Positions 1 through 18,247 of a stretch of 64,000 nt of DNA are shown in pieces. The stretch lies in assembly GCF_009914755.1 (NCBI RefSeq), contig NC_060926.1; one strand, written 5' to 3'. This DNA comes from the human T2T-CHM13v2.0 reference genome, Homo sapiens. Numbering within the stretch: the stretch's first letter is position 1; the number at the start of each line of letters is the position of its first letter. Under the pieces are notes generated by a model. That model had not been told where the DNA came from. It searched no databases and saw nothing but the letters and a program-made list of their open reading frames with translations. A program made the translations under genes and the position numbers.

Positions 1-283
1 TTTAGAACAAACTACAATGTAGGTGACAATGTAGGTGACTGATAGTCCCATAAGAGATGTAACCTGTTGTAACAATTACTCCTCTCTGATAACTGCACAT
101 TGTCAGCCTTCCAGCAGAACAGATACTAAAGTGGAAATTCACAAAACCAAGGCATGGGTTAAGATTTATAATAGTATAGCAGTATTCTAAATGATAACCA
201 CTTGAACTAAGGGAGAAAAGGTGGATAAAAAAATGTATGAGAGATGTTAAGGTAGAATTCTACAACTCAATTCTCTTACTTAC

Positions 284-1486
284 ATGACCAAACCCCAATT
301 TATCCTTTTAGATGAACCCCAAAATGAACACTTAGTGAATTTGAAAAAAATGACTACTCTTTTTCATGCTTCCAGACACTATTCAAATTGCCAATATCCA
401 TATCTTATCAGAAGGTAGAGTTCTCAGAATGTAGAATACAGATTTTCATCCTACCATATTGAACTCTATAGCCCTAATGTTTGCTATTGTACCTGTCAAA
501 AAGTCATCATTCAATACATATTTGCCAAATTCAACTGTATTTGTTACTTTCTCAATTGTTTTTGCTTTTCTTTTTTTATCAGCTTCCTCAGGTTGAATAC
601 TTTCTCCTTTTAAATCCAGTATTTGGGGTATGCAAGCAAAATCTATAAGATGAAAGGAATTGAGGTTAGTCACAGTCTGACTTTACAATGGTCTTTCAAA
701 TAGATAGGGTTCAGTATTAGAGAAGTGCATACCACTTCTTTATGCTTATAAGAGTCACAATAGGGTTTAGCTGTAAATAATAGCTTCAGACATTGAGGAT
801 GTGTCTTTGAAAAAGACTGTTGAGCCATATTTTGAGGCGTTTTCTTTAAAAATAAGTTAATTCTCATCTATGGGCACTATAGATAATCTTCATTCATTTT
901 TGTATACTGTATTAAAAGTGTGCAATAACTAAGATATTAGGTTCAGCAGTAAAGTTTGTAAAGTAGTCTATAATAATGAATCTGTCTTGGTATCTATAAT
1001 AAGTATTAGAGACATATTCAGCCTTAATGAAACATAAAATTCAGATTTACTAGTCAATTTTAGATTCCACAGAAATTATTTATTTTGATATTATAAGCAA
1101 AACATCTGTGTTTCTTTTGCTATTTTAAACATAAAATACGAAGTTAACCAAATTTGATCTTTATAAAATAATTATGTCAATAGTATTCCAACTTGTTCTA
1201 GAAATTCCAAGTTAGTAAGATATACAGACACATTCCATCATTTTCCTGTATGTATAAATTGGGCTTCCTCTCTGTTATTTCATTTACAGAGAAAGCGTAT
1301 AATCAATTTAGGACCATCTATCAAACATTTTATCATTGCACCGTAGTTCAAGGTAATCATACACAGGAGCAACAATTTCTGTGATTCTCTGCCAGGATAT
1401 CACACACACAATATAAATGGAGAGACGCAAACAGGAGACTTCTTCAGTAACTCCTTAGCAGGTATAGAGAACCTCATACCAGTATC
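284..1486 (-). pseudogene. Candidate large decayed exon of the fossil gene
   Basis: Long minus-strand pyrimidine tract with AG at 1487-1488 (alternative 1508-1509); CAT|GTAAGT donor at 278-283; fragments ISWQRITEIVAPVYDYLELRCNDKMFDRW and KRLKIW...LISIKKW; many stops. Confidence 0.4.
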
Positions 1487-1920
1487 CTAAAGTGAAATTG
1501 TTAATTACTAGGGGAAAGGATGACAGAAAGAAAGAGAAAAGATAAACTGGGAAATATTCACACAGAAAGAAAACAGTATTTGGAACATTTAAAAAATTAC
1601 CCAATTTTCTATTTTTTTTTTTTTTTAGGAAGAAATACGTTAGTACTAAAAATCTAACAATTAAATATGTATGTATGTGTATGTGTGTGTGTGTATATAT
1701 ATATATGCACAAAGCCAAAATATCTCCTCTACCCCTGTCTATTATGTATGCAGAGCCCAATGTCCCCTCTCCTCAACATTTAATCAGTTTGTTTTGTATT
1801 TATTAATTCATTAGGTAGGGAGAAACAAATATAATCCTCCAGAGAGAGAAAGATTGCAAAAATTAGGTTGGTACTAAACTAATTGTGTTTTTTGACATGA
1901 AAAATAAGGGCCATTAAAAG

Positions 1921-1924
<4 letters not shown>

Positions 1925-1998
<74 letters not shown>
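1925..1998. repeat. Compound (CT)n(AT)n microsatellite
   Basis: Directly visible. Confidence 0.95.
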
Positions 1999-2004
<6 letters not shown>

Positions 2005-4132
2005 GGATTTACACTGATACCATGTAGAGGATACATACATATATATGTATGTATATAGAGAGAGTTATATTTGATAAAATAACCTCTTTTATAGATAAAG
2101 TAACAAACTATACACATGATTCCACACCTTACTTTTTTTATTAAAGATGTCCTTTGGGACACGTTTTACATATCAGCTTCAATGTGTAAGGACCATGGAA
2201 GTCAGCACCCCAGTCCATCTACAGAAAAATACACCTAGACTCAGACCTTACTATTACAACTGGAAAGGGATAATAGATATAAATATAAAAATGAAATACT
2301 GTAAAACTTCTACAAGAAAACACAGAAGACGACCTATGTGACCTTTATTTTGGTAATGAGTGTTTAGATAGAACACCAGGTCATGATCCTTGCAAGAAAA
2401 ACATTGATAATTTGGACTTTACTAAAATTAAAAACTTCTGTTCTCTGAAAGACATTGTGGAGAGAACAAAAAGACAAGCCATAGACTTGAAGAAAATATA
2501 TTTAAGCACATATCTCATCAAGGACTTATACCCCCATTATATAAAAATCTCTTAAAATTAACAATAAGAAAAAAAGACACAAATGCACAAATGATCTGAA
2601 CAGACACCTCAGCAAACAAGAGCTACGAATGGCAGATAAGTATATGAAAAGATACCACCACTAACATTAAAGAATTGCACATTAAAACAAGGAGATACTG
2701 CTATACACCATTAGAATGATGAATTTATAAAACCTGATAATACCAATTGCTGGGAGGATGCAAAGCAATAGGAGCTCTCCTTCACTACAAGTGCAAACAG
2801 AAATGGGTACAACTACTTTAAGTCAGTTTAACATTTTCTTACAAAGCTAAACATAGTTTTACCACGCAATTTAACACTCACTTAGTATTTACCCAATATA
2901 TTTAAAAATGTATGTCCATATGACACCTGAAAACAATTATAACAGCTTTATTGATCATCACCAACTTTGGAATCAACCAAATATTCTTCAATGAAAGAAA
3001 AGCTAAACTTTGGTACATCCGAACATTGGCATATTATTTATTAATGAAAATAAGCTATGAAGGCACAAGAAAACAGGGAGATAATCTAAATGCATATTGT
3101 TATGTGAAAGAAGCCATTCTGAACAGGCTACATACTGCAGGATTCCAATAATATAACATAATGAGATTGTCAAAATCAGAGAGATGATAAAAAGATGAGT
3201 GGTTGTCAGGGCATCAGAGGACTATAAGAGGATTGAATATTGAAGTACAGGAGATTGTTTAGGAAAGAGGAAATATTCTGTATGATATTATAATGGTGGA
3301 CTCATGACACTAGGCATATGTCAAAACATATAGAACTATACAACAGGAAGAATTAATTTAATATATGTAAATTTAAAGAAATTATTTCATATGTCTGGTA
3401 TCCCAGGATGGAATTCAGAATGTGGTAAAATAATTTAACTCTGTAAGAAATTTATGAAAGTACCTCCCTGAAGGGAATGAGGAAAAGGCACAGGACTAAG
3501 TCACTTTGAATTAAGTAGGTAGGAAAACTAAAGTTAAAAGAAAGTACATAAACTACTGTACTCTGTGGGCTAAGGACTCTGATACTGCTCTACATGTAAA
3601 CTGGGATTGAACAATTAAGCAAATGGATAAAAGATGGCATGAGCCAAGTCTCTATTGAAGGAAGAAGTTACAGATAAGCAAGGGAGGAGGCTAAAATAAT
3701 CAATGTGGTAATAGATTATAGTTGAAGATGCCATATCAATTCACAATTATCTTAATACAGATACAGGTGGTTTCATAAAAATATTTATAGGTATCTGTAT
3801 GGACACACGTTAGCACACACACCTATATTCTCCTGATCTGTCAACTGAGAGGGCCGAGAAGCCATGGCACAGCAGTAGAAATGAGCACATTTAGTACTCA
3901 AATCATGGTTTCTAATGCTATTTTCTGATCAAAGAAACCAAGGGAATATAGGTGAATCTTGAAAGATCTTTATTGCCAGATAGTAATAGTGTTTAAAAAC
4001 AAGGAGAGAAAAGAAATAACCCACAACGAATGGTGGAGGTAATATCAAAGAGATGTAGGATCCAACAGAAAGATCTCTCAACAATACGGAAGGCTAAGAC
4101 AATTTGAGCAGGGTATAAAAAAGTTAGTCCTG

Positions 4133-4456
<324 letters not shown>

Positions 4457-5987
4457 TGAATTACAATCTGTAGCATCAAGTAAGTATTGAATAAATAAAT
4501 AAAATGGGAAGAATACAAAAATCTGTGTGCAGAAGAAATCCAAATAATGTATATAAATTCTTATTTCTCAATGACATGGAACATAACTCCCCACTCTTTA
4601 ATTTTGGCAGCTGATTATGAATTCTTTCCAAAGAGTACAGTGTGGAAAGGGAGAAAAGAGTAACTTTACAGTAAGATTAAGCTGGCAACCACAACCTTAG
4701 TCATGTGACCAAGGTCAATATCAATATTATTAAGTCAGGTTGGTAGTATGTGCCTTTGATATGATAAGATGAAAATAGCACTTTTGCTCTGTGGTCTTTC
4801 AACTCACAATGCACAACCTCAGTCTAATTATGAAAAAAACCATCATTAAAATCATATTTTGGGGACAATTTACAAAATATCTGACCAGTACACCTCAAAA
4901 CCATGTAAGACATCAAAAGTAAGGAAATTCTAAAAAACCTCTCACAGCCAAGAGGAGCCTAAGGAGGCATGGACACTAAATGTAATATCATGTTCTGGAT
5001 TGGATCCTGGAACATTAGGTAAATAAAGGGACATTAGGCAAAAACTAAGAAAGTCTGAATGAAATATGGAATTCATTAGCTAACAATGTATTGAAATTGG
5101 TGCATTCATTGTAACAAACATACCTTGCTAACATTAGACATTAATAATAAAGAAAACTGTGTGGGGTAAGTGAGAAATCTCTGTACTACCTTGGCAAGAA
5201 GGGACAGCTGGTGTTGGGAATAAGAGCCTGAGTTGGGTCAGGAAGGCTTCTCTATTGGTGTGGCGTGGCCTGGTGTTGGGTGCTACACACAGTAAGGTGA
5301 TAGAAAAGGAAGGGATGATTATTTTTAAAAAGTAAATAATTAAGGTTATGGGAGGTAGTTTCTCCCTGTCAAAAAGGAAGTTACACATATGGAAAGGAAT
5401 AAAACTCAAATGAACCTTGAAGAGCTTCCCTGTCCTTCAATCTATCTATGCAGCTCTCTGTATATGTGCCTGCATGTGTAAACGTACATGTATTCCCTAG
5501 CTCTGTCTACAGTGAGGACCTGTCTACAGTGCACACACCTGGCACCTAGATATTGGATCCTTGGGAAAGTGGTTGATTCTAGGTCTGGGGCAGGGAGATT
5601 ACAAGAAAAGGCTAGAATGCACCGTTGTGTCAGAAATAAAGGAGGCTCTCAAAGAAAGTTGGAAACATGAGAAAAAGACACAGAAGTCAGCTTGAACAGG
5701 GTCCCACTAGGAAATTAGGACAATTTGAGCATCAAAATATGTAATAATAGTAATGAATTATAACCGATTGGATAAAATAGGAATCCACGAGACCATACTA
5801 ATATAAACATTTTCATGAACATATCAAAAGTTGCATAAGAAACAAAAGTTGCAAAAGTGCATAAGTACATAGTTTGAAAGTACCTATCCACAAAATATTT
5901 ATTAATTTAAAAGGAAAAAAAGAGAAAACTGTTAGACACCAACTTGTTCAAATGATCAAATTAAATATAATCAGAAATGAAATAAAT

Positions 5988-6063
5988 TGGCTGCTCTGCC
6001 TATGAAGTAGCCATTCTTTATTCCTTTACTTTCATAATAAAATTGCTTTCACTTTTAAAAAAA
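5988..6063 (+). mobile_element. Polyadenylated 3'-end fragment of an ERV1 LTR (MER41-like) inserted by L1 machinery
   Basis: ctgctctgcctatgaagtagccattctttattcctttactttcataataaaattgctttcacttt plus short A tail; TSD aatgaaataaat (5976-5987) / aatgaaacaaat (6066-6077). Confidence 0.65.
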
Positions 6064-6523
6064 CTAATGAAACAAATAAAAATTGTTCTTTATCTGATAG
6101 ATGCAATGAGAACATAACGTCTCTTCTGTGTTATTTCTGCTAAGGTATATAACCTGAATCTAATCATAAGGAAACATCAGGTAAGCCTTCCAAACTAAAG
6201 AAGGCTGAATACCTGACAACTAAAGCAACCTGAACGCTAATATGTAAGTCTTAACTGGATTATTTTGCTATAAAAGACATTTGCAAACAATTGGCAAAAA
6301 TTTAATAGGCTCTGAGGATTAGAAGTCAGTAATTGATAAATGCTATATTTCTGATTGGGATGGGTGTTTTATGGTCACATTGAAAGATGTCCTTCTTATA
6401 GAAACACACAGTAGAGAATTTGGGAGTGATGATCCATCAGAGTGACCACTTATTCTCAAAAAAATTATTTGTACTGTACACTCAAAGACATGGTTCAATC
6501 TCACAAACACGACATTGTATTAA

Positions 6524-8050
6524 GAAGCAAAAAAGAGCCCACAAAGCCAAAGCAAGACTGAGCAAACGGAACAAATCTGGAGGCATCATATTACCTGATT
6601 TCAAACTATACTATAAGTCCATAGTCACCAAAACAGCATGGCACTGGGATAAAAATAGGCACAGAACAGAATAGAGAACTCAGAAATAAACCCAAATACT
6701 TATAGCAAACTGATCATCGACAAAACAAACAAAAACATAAGTTGGGGAAAGGCCACTCTATTCGACAAATGGTGCTGGATAATTGGCAAGCCACATGTAA
6801 GAGAATGAAACTGGATCCTCATCTCTCACCTTACACAAAAATCAACTCAAGATGGATCAAGGGCTTAAATCTAAGACCTGAAACTATAAAAATTCTAGAC
6901 GATAACATCGGGAAAAGCCTTCTAGACATTCCTTTAGGTAAGGATTTCATGACCAAGAACCCAAAAGCAAATGCAATAAAAACAAAGATAAATAGTTGGG
7001 ACTTAATTAAACTGAAGAGCTTTTGCATGGCAAAAGGAGCAATCAGCAGAGTAAACAGACAACCCACAGAATGAGAGAAAATCTTCACAATCTATACATC
7101 TGACAAAGGACTAATATCCAGAATATACAATGAACTCAAACAAATTAGCAAGAAAAAAACCAACAATCCCATCCAAAAGTGGGCTAAGGACATGAATAGA
7201 CAATTCTCGAAAGAAGATATACAAATGACCAACAAACATATGAAGAAATGTTCAACATCACTAATTACTAGGGAAATGCAAATCAAAACCACAATGTGAT
7301 ACCATCTTACTCCTGTAAGGATGGCCATCATCAAAAAGTCAAAAAAAAAAAAAAAAACAGATGTTGGCATGTATGCAGAGAACAGGGAACACTTCCACAC
7401 TGCTGGTGGAAATGTAAACTAATACAACCACTATGGAAAACGGTGTGGAGATTCCTTAAATAACTAAAAGTAGAACTCCCATTTGATCCAGCAACCCCAC
7501 TACTGGGTATTTACCCAAAGGAAAAGAAGTCCTTAGACAAAAAAGAATCTTGCACATGCATGTTTAGAGAAGCACAATTTTCAATTGCAAAAATGTGGAA
7601 CTAACCCAAATGTCCATCAATCAACGAGTGGATAAAGAAACTATGGTTTATGTATGTGTGACAGAATACTACTCAGCCATAAAAAGGAATGATTTAATGA
7701 CATTTGCAGCAACCTGCATGAGGCTGCAGACTATTATTCTAAATGAAGTAACTAGAGAATGGAAAACCAAACATTGTATGAATTCACTTATAAGTGGGAG
7801 CTAAGCTATGAGGATGCAAAGGCATAAGAATGACACAATTGACTTTGGGGACCTAGAGGGAAAGGGTGGGAAAGGGATGAGGGATAAAAGACTACAAATT
7901 GTGTGCAGTGTATACTGCTCGGGTGACGGGTGCACCAAAATCTCACAGATCACCACTAAAGAACTTACTCATGTAGTCAAACACCACCTGTTCCCCAGTA
8001 AGGATATGGGAGGAATTATGGAAATAAATTTTTTAATGAATACACAATAA
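6524..8050 (+). mobile_element. 5'-truncated L1PB (L1PB1-like)
   Basis: ORF2 C-terminal peptides ([26 protein letters not shown]) and L1PB-type 3'UTR; taagaagca at both flanks. Confidence 0.9.
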
Positions 8051-10627
8051 ATAAGAAGCAGCAAGAATATGAATAAGAAGCAAATAAAAACAATACATTT
8101 AGTAGAATTTCATTTTCTAAACTTTAAAAACAGGTAAAATCAAGCTACATTTTCTAGAAAACATACATGATGAAAAAATTTAAAAGAAACAAAGAGGGTG
8201 CCATAGAAGTCAAAATAAGTGTTACACTTAGAAGAAATGGAAGGGATCACAAAAAGTTTTTTGACTTGGATCATTGTTACCTGGATGTATACTTTAAGTT
8301 ATATAGTGATTTGTACTTATTATATTTATGTATATTTTAAATGAAAAATATTATAAGAAATCATGATACAATTAGTTTATACTCTTGAAGTATAATCTCA
8401 GAGTGGGAAATGCCTTACTCACTACCATATTTTATCTAATCTATGACGCTATCATTTTTCGGTATCACCAGTATTTTATACCAGAAGAAAAGAAAAAATA
8501 TCTACCAGTTATAAGACACATCCTAACATCAAGGATACTAACTTGTGGAAAAATGTAGGTCTTTCTCTTAATCACAGCTATATAATACTGTCTCAATAGA
8601 GTGTAGTTGTTTTATCTCAGCTTCTTATTCAAAATGAGTTGAATGCTTTGGCAAAATTAACTCAAATACTGTGAACTAAAGATCCTTACTCCAACAAATA
8701 TATTCCAATTTACATTTTTATTTGCCATCCCAATTCATTTAACAAAGTAAAATGCTCAGATCATTTTAAAATAGAAAGTAAATACAACACTCCTCCTAAG
8801 ACAGAACTTGAGGAAAAGTCTTTCTGATTACACTTAGATAGTTACACATTCTAATAAAACGAGTCCTTCTTATATATAAAATGTCAAAGTATATATAAAT
8901 AAACAATTTATATATAATTATGTATATAAAATATATAGTATATATGGCAATAATATATTATTATACTTATATATTATTAACATATAATGTATATAATTAT
9001 ATATATTAATTTATATATAAAATGTCAAATTACTTCGTGTCACTTTTCTACATTTTAAATTGATTTCCCCGTTTCCTTCTATCTTTCCCTCATTGAAGTT
9101 CTTCTCTCAAATATGCAAATACTGCATCCCCTTGGGACAGTTTAAAATCAAAATTAATTATGCTAATTATCTCATTTGGGTTGACCTGATTAAATTTAAT
9201 TAGTTGGTCTTGTTAATTCTAAACATTATCCTCTGGGAAATTTTGCCTTTTGGGTTAAAGTTGTAGAAAATTTAAGTACCCACTCACCCTAACATACTTA
9301 GAAAGCATAGCACATGTAGGTGTTCCAATGTTGTGTGTATAGTCATCTAGAAATAGATGATACCTCTAGCCATTGATTTTGTTAAAACGTAGATTTCTGG
9401 TGGCAATTTACTGAGGTAAATGTCAAGGTTTTAATTAGTAATTATACTCTTCCATTTAAATCAAGTCACAAAAATATAAAATCATGATATTCTATGTGAC
9501 TAATACTCTAATAAACTGTTTTATATCCTTATTAATTTTTAATTATTTCTGGAATGTTGTTTTGTGTACTATTGACTCATTCTTAGCTCTTGTGCTACTT
9601 CCATTCCCTAATACCTTTCCTCTTTTTACTCTCACTGTTCCATTTCATGGAGCGTCATTGCCTCAGCCTAACAAAATTAATTTGTATTTCTGAACGTTCT
9701 TCTCTGGTTTCACTTTTCTTCTCTCATTAATGCTCTCCCAGGTGGACTTCACTCACTATATAAATGGCTTTAATTTGTATGTATGGCCTGGAAAGTACTT
9801 AAATCTTCCTTTTTCAGTCTTGAACTTCACCTTGCAATTCATACATATATCTAAAAATCTGCTCAATATATCAACATTGGTGATCCACAGTCATCAAAAA
9901 CAAAACAAAACAACAACAACAAAAAAACATTCAAACACTGTACTTATCATCTGTACCTATTCTCATTTTTCAGGTCCTAATTATTTCTCACCTGCACTAT
10001 TTCAGTAAACTTCTTGTGTCTCTTCTTAATCTCCTATCCTCCACCACCTCCAAGTTCATTACGTCCTCTAACACCTTCGAGTAATGATCTGGTTTGCTTA
10101 ATTTGAAAGAGTAAACTTGTTTGTGTCACTTTCTGCTCCTTTGCTTAAGATAAAAAAAATCGATCTTTTTCACCTACAAATAAAGTCTAAGTGACTCAGC
10201 AAGAATCTGTAAGTCTAGGTCCCATTTAGTGACCTTCTCCTATCAGGGCTTCATTTTGAAATGTATACTTTAAATGATAGCAAGCCTTTTGTATTTCCTG
10301 GCACAGAAATTTAAGTTTTGAACATCAATGAGTGTGTTGTTTATTGCTGTCTATGCCTGATGTGCTATTCTTAACTTTTTAATGGTTTTTATATGCAGTT
10401 AATATGTTGTTATTTGCTAACAATAAGACAAAAAGTGATTTAAACAATACAGGTATGTAGAAAGTTAAAACAAAATTATCCTAAGCCTGTCTCCTATCCT
10501 ACTGTTCCAGTCAGTAATCACTGGCTTAAAAAAAGTGATGCATATCTTCCAGACTTTATGTAACTACCTATCTGTCTTAAAAATTTGGATTTTCGCTCAC
10601 TCCATGTCAGATATAGATATATCCTGA

Positions 10628-10800
10628 TGTGTGTGTATATATATGCATACATGTATATGCATACACACACATGTATATATGCATATGCATACACACACAT
10701 GTATATATGCATATGCATACACACATGTATATATGCATATGCATACACATACATGTATATATGTATATGCATACACATACATGTATATATATATGTACAT
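10628..10800. repeat. Alternating purine-pyrimidine tandem repeat (about 26-28 bp units, TATATGCATATGCATACACACACATG)
   Basis: Directly visible. Confidence 0.9.
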
Positions 10801-11210
10801 TTTTTCTTTTTATAGTTATAGGGTAAGGCATACGGTATTATTTGATCATTCTGCTATTGGCAGATATTTGGTGGCTTTTCTTTTGGTTTATTATTATTAC
10901 TATCTTCTTTTGGCTTATTATTATTATTAGTGCAATGAATGGTCTTGTATTTCCACTGGCCAAACTGGATTTTTTATTCCAGTTTTTAAAAAAATCCAGT
11001 CTGATAAATATGCCTCTCATAAATATCTACTGATTACATGATATATATAGAGACAGCATTTTCTATTAAAAACTCTTTAAATATTATTTTGCAAATGACT
11101 TTGTCTCCTATTAGAAATAAACTATGACAGTAATTACTTAAGAGATTTGATAAACAATTGCATGCATTATTTTGCTACATGTATATTTTTAATTATTTTT
11201 AAAAGTTTTT

Positions 11211-11352
11211 GGCCAGACATGGTGGCTCATGCCTGTAATTCCAGCACTTTGGGAGGCTGAGGCAGGTGAATTGCTTGAGCTCAGGAGTTTGTGACCAGCC
11301 CAGGCAACATGGTAAGACCTAGTCTCTCATAAAAAAAAAAAAAAAAAAAAAG
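11211..11352 (+). mobile_element. Alu left monomer (FLAM/AluJ-like) with A tail
   Basis: ggccagacatggtggctcatgcc...ttgcttgagctcaggag then poly(A). Confidence 0.85.
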
Positions 11353-11611
11353 GGTTCAAGTTTAGTCTAATTTTTTTTAATAATTTGAATTAAACAGGAA
11401 GTGTGATCATTGTTTAATGCCATTTTGGCCAGATTATTTATCAGAATACATAATAAATAAATGTTATGAGAACTCTATTATAAATGAAATATATTTGAGA
11501 ACCATTAGATGTTGAACGCAACAAGAAGAAAAAGAAAAATACATTTTTGTGTGAATGGAAAGAAATACTCTTCCTTCCTGGTTCTATTAGTTCTATTGGT
11601 CTATGTCAAAA

Positions 11612-12585
11612 TGTTACAGGATTCTTTCAGTGCTACTTTGCCAGCCAGAAATCTCTGCAGCCAGTAGCACCTCTGCCTGGGCTTTGCTCAGCTCTGGGCT
11701 TGCCACTGGGCTCACTCCATTCGCTTGGCCTGGCAGCTGCACTCAGCTTGTGCTACCAGCCTGGATTTGACACCCACTATGGCTCTGTGTTTAGTCTGCA
11801 GCTGGGCCAGGCATGCTGTGACCTGCTTCAGCCTCGGGTGCAGGTGTCTGGATGAAGGGAACATGGTGGTGCCCAAAAACTCAGAGATGCCAGCAATTGC
11901 AGAGACCCAAGGGGTGCTATGGCTCTCACCCAGTGAGTCCTGAGGTCTGACCCCCGAAGGACTGTTACAGTTCTTGTTTTTTCCCACCACCCACAGTGTG
12001 GCACATGGGGGTGCGTGTTACAGCTTACATTCAATCTTGCTGCCCACAGTGTGACAAATGAAGGGGTGGCATGTGACACCCAGCAGCTCTTTCTCCCCAT
12101 TGCTTGGTGAGTGGGAGGGAGGGTTACAGTGTTACAGCCCCTTTCACACTTGTCATTTGGTGGGCTCTGGGTTTTTGTCCCACAGTCAAGAAGAATTAGG
12201 TTATGTAGACACTGGTGAGTGAACAAGGTGAAGAAGAATTTTATAGAGTGATAGAAAAGCTTTTGACAATGAGAGGGGACCCAATGTGGGCAAGCCACTG
12301 TGTGAGAGGGGGCCGAAAAGTGGGTAACCTAAAGTGTGTCTGAGTCCAGGGCTTTTATGGACTCAGAATGGGGGAGTTTGTGTTGATTGGTCCATGGGCA
12401 GGCCTGGATAAAGCACCATTTGACTGGCTAAAAGGCACTGAGGAAGTTCTCACTCCAATTGTGGACTTTACCCAGAACTGGCAGCTAGGTTTTCAGGCTT
12501 TAAATTGTCTTTGGTTTTAAGGTCAGGTTTCACCGGGGACCCGCCCCTGTCTGCCTAGGAATTTGTCTGTCTCCTGCCGCTGTCA
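11612..12585 (-). mobile_element. Solo ERV1 LTR, MER52-like
   Basis: Minus strand starts tgacagcggcaggagacagacaaattcctaggcagacaggggcgggtccccggtgaaacc and ends ...tgtaaca. Confidence 0.8.
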
Positions 12586-12906
12586 AATAACCACAATTTT
12601 TAGAATATGTTTGTTATGTTCCATGTTTACAACCCAGGCTTAACAAACTATATTTAAGCTAGATCCTTTATTTTCACACCCATTAGTTTTGTCTTTTTTT
12701 ACCTCTCAAGCAAATACAGCTGTGAATTCAACTCATTACATGAAAGGTTTATTCACTTTGATTGACGCTCTTTTTAAAAAATCAATAATGATTGTATATT
12801 CTTACTAATGATAATAACACATTTAAAACAGAATTATACATTTTACCAGTTTTGTTTCCAAAATAAAATATGAGAGTAAACATCTGAAAAAAAATATCCA
12901 AAGAAG

Positions 12907-13206
12907 GCTGGGTGCATTGGCTCACAGCTGTAATCCCAGCACTTTGGGAGGCCAAGGTGGGTGGATCACTTGAGGCCAGGAGTTTGAGACCAGCCTGACC
13001 AACATGGTGAAACCTTCTCTCTACTAAAAATACAAAACTTGACCGGGCGTAGTAGCATGTGCCTGTAATCCCAGCTACTCAGGAGGCTGAGGCAGGGAGA
13101 ATTGTTTGAACCCAGGAGGCAGAGGTTGCCGTGAGCCAAGATTGCACCACTGCACTCCAGCCTGGGCAACAGAGCCAGACTCTGTCTCAAAAAAAAAAAA
13201 AAAAAA
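12907..13206 (+). mobile_element. AluS
   Basis: Full Alu dimer with A tail; aaaatatccaaagaa / aaaatacccaaagaa TSD. Confidence 0.93.
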
Positions 13207-13289
13207 TACCCAAAGAACAAACAAGTTTAAGATGAGTAATCACAAATTTTCAAATAAATCAAACTCTCCTAAGTTTACTAGAGATTTTG

Positions 13290-13590
13290 GTCAAAGGATA
13301 CAAAATTTCAGTTAGCTGTGAGGAATAATTTCAGTTAGCTGTGAGGAATAATTTCTAAGAGATCTATTATACGACATGGTGACTATGGATAACAATGTAT
13401 TGTATTCTTGAAACATGCTAAGAGAGTGGACATAAAGTGTTCTCACCATAAAAATACTCCTGTGAGGTAATGTATATGTTAATTATCTAAATTTAATCAT
13501 TCCACGATTTATATATGCTTCAAAACATCATGTCGTACATGGTGAAGACATATAATTTTTTATGTCAATTTGAAAAATAAATAAAAGAAA
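13290..13590 (+). mobile_element. L1MA 3' end fragment with a 23-bp tandem duplication
   Basis: ggtcaaaggatacaaaatttcagttag...gtatattcttg-like 3'UTR. Confidence 0.75.
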
Positions 13591-13792
13591 ATGAAAGCAG
13601 AATACACAGTTTTGCCTGGAGTGATGACAGGGCTTGGGTCAACTGAAGGCATTTTGCCTAGACACAGAGAAAATCGAGAAAATCACTGGTTCTTAAAGAC
13701 CATAAGCTCCACAAAAGAAAAATCTAAATTTAACTAAAATTTAACTAAAAATGAATAAACTTAGACTATACAAAACAACTTTTTAGTCTCAT

Positions 13793-13919
13793 AAGGATGT
13801 GAAGACGTTTCAACTTGTCCATATTAGCTATTGATAACTGTGGAACTGATGGTTTGCATTTTGCTTTAGTGATATCTGACAGCTGTTCCTTTGAAACTAC
13901 TGATGTAGCAATACTTCAC
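13793..13919 (-). pseudogene. Candidate decayed exon (non-repeat part of fossil gene)
   Basis: Strong acceptor cttctcatactcttctgtttccatAG; reads (TGA)SIATSVVSKEQLSDITKAKCKPSVPQLSIANMDKLKRLHIL; possible mutated donor ATGAGA. Confidence 0.45.
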
Positions 13920-14759
13920 CTATGGAAACAGAAGAGTATGAGAAGCATTTGCCAATAATGAAGATTAGGCTTTCTGGTTCATGCTACTGAAAAAGATCAA
14001 ATAGATTTTGTTCATTTTAGACCTTAAATTTCACGTAATATAAAGAAACATGTCACATAATTTCCGCTTGGCTTTTTCAAGGATTTTTTCGGAAACAAAA
14101 TATTGTATTAACAACTGAAAGAAACATGTAAAAGTATTTTAGGAATTATGTCAATAACAATCATAATATTTTCATAAAAATGGTAACAGATATGATGTGA
14201 CTACGGAAACATAGACCACTTATGATTTAATTATTTCTTGTTTTCTCTGAAATCCTGACTGGTAATCATTAACTTACCATTGCATATGTCTTTTCCATAA
14301 AAAAATTCTTCTGCTAGCCTAATGTAAGAGTCCCAAGTTTAAAATGCCTTACTGATATCATTTTGTACAATATTTAGAAATATTTTTTAAAAATCATCCT
14401 GACTTCTGCTTTTAGATAGATGGAGTACTTCACAGGATAACAATTCTGCTGAGAACCACCTGAAAAGTCAAATTATTTACTACATATACAGACAGAGATT
14501 CACAGAAGTCACTACAAGAAGTAAAATTTTAGAGTATGTCAGAGTCTATCTGAATCTCTTCTGCTGTTTCTGGTTAAACTCCTGTACCTTGTCTAGAGGC
14601 TTGAATTCTGGGATTGACCTAGGAAGAAGAGTGCTACAGAGGGACCGAGATGACTCAATGGAGCTTTACATAGTTACAGGGGGCTGGATGGGGAAAACAA
14701 ACAAGTGAACAAATAAAACCTTCTGTGCTACCTACTACTGCCTAGAAGAGACATATGTT

Positions 14760-18247
<3,488 letters not shown>

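Noticed and set aside
446-867. Faint Gypsy reverse-transcriptase-like resemblance (GESIQPEE, LILNP)
   Set aside because: No YxDD or other core motif; better explained as part of the decayed exon or as chance.
6420-8050. ORFs resembling reverse-transcriptase-associated protein
   Set aside because: Fragments of a truncated L1 ORF2, not an active element.
10518-10930. Overlapping H/M/Y/C-rich ORFs
   Set aside because: Artefact of a stop-free simple repeat.
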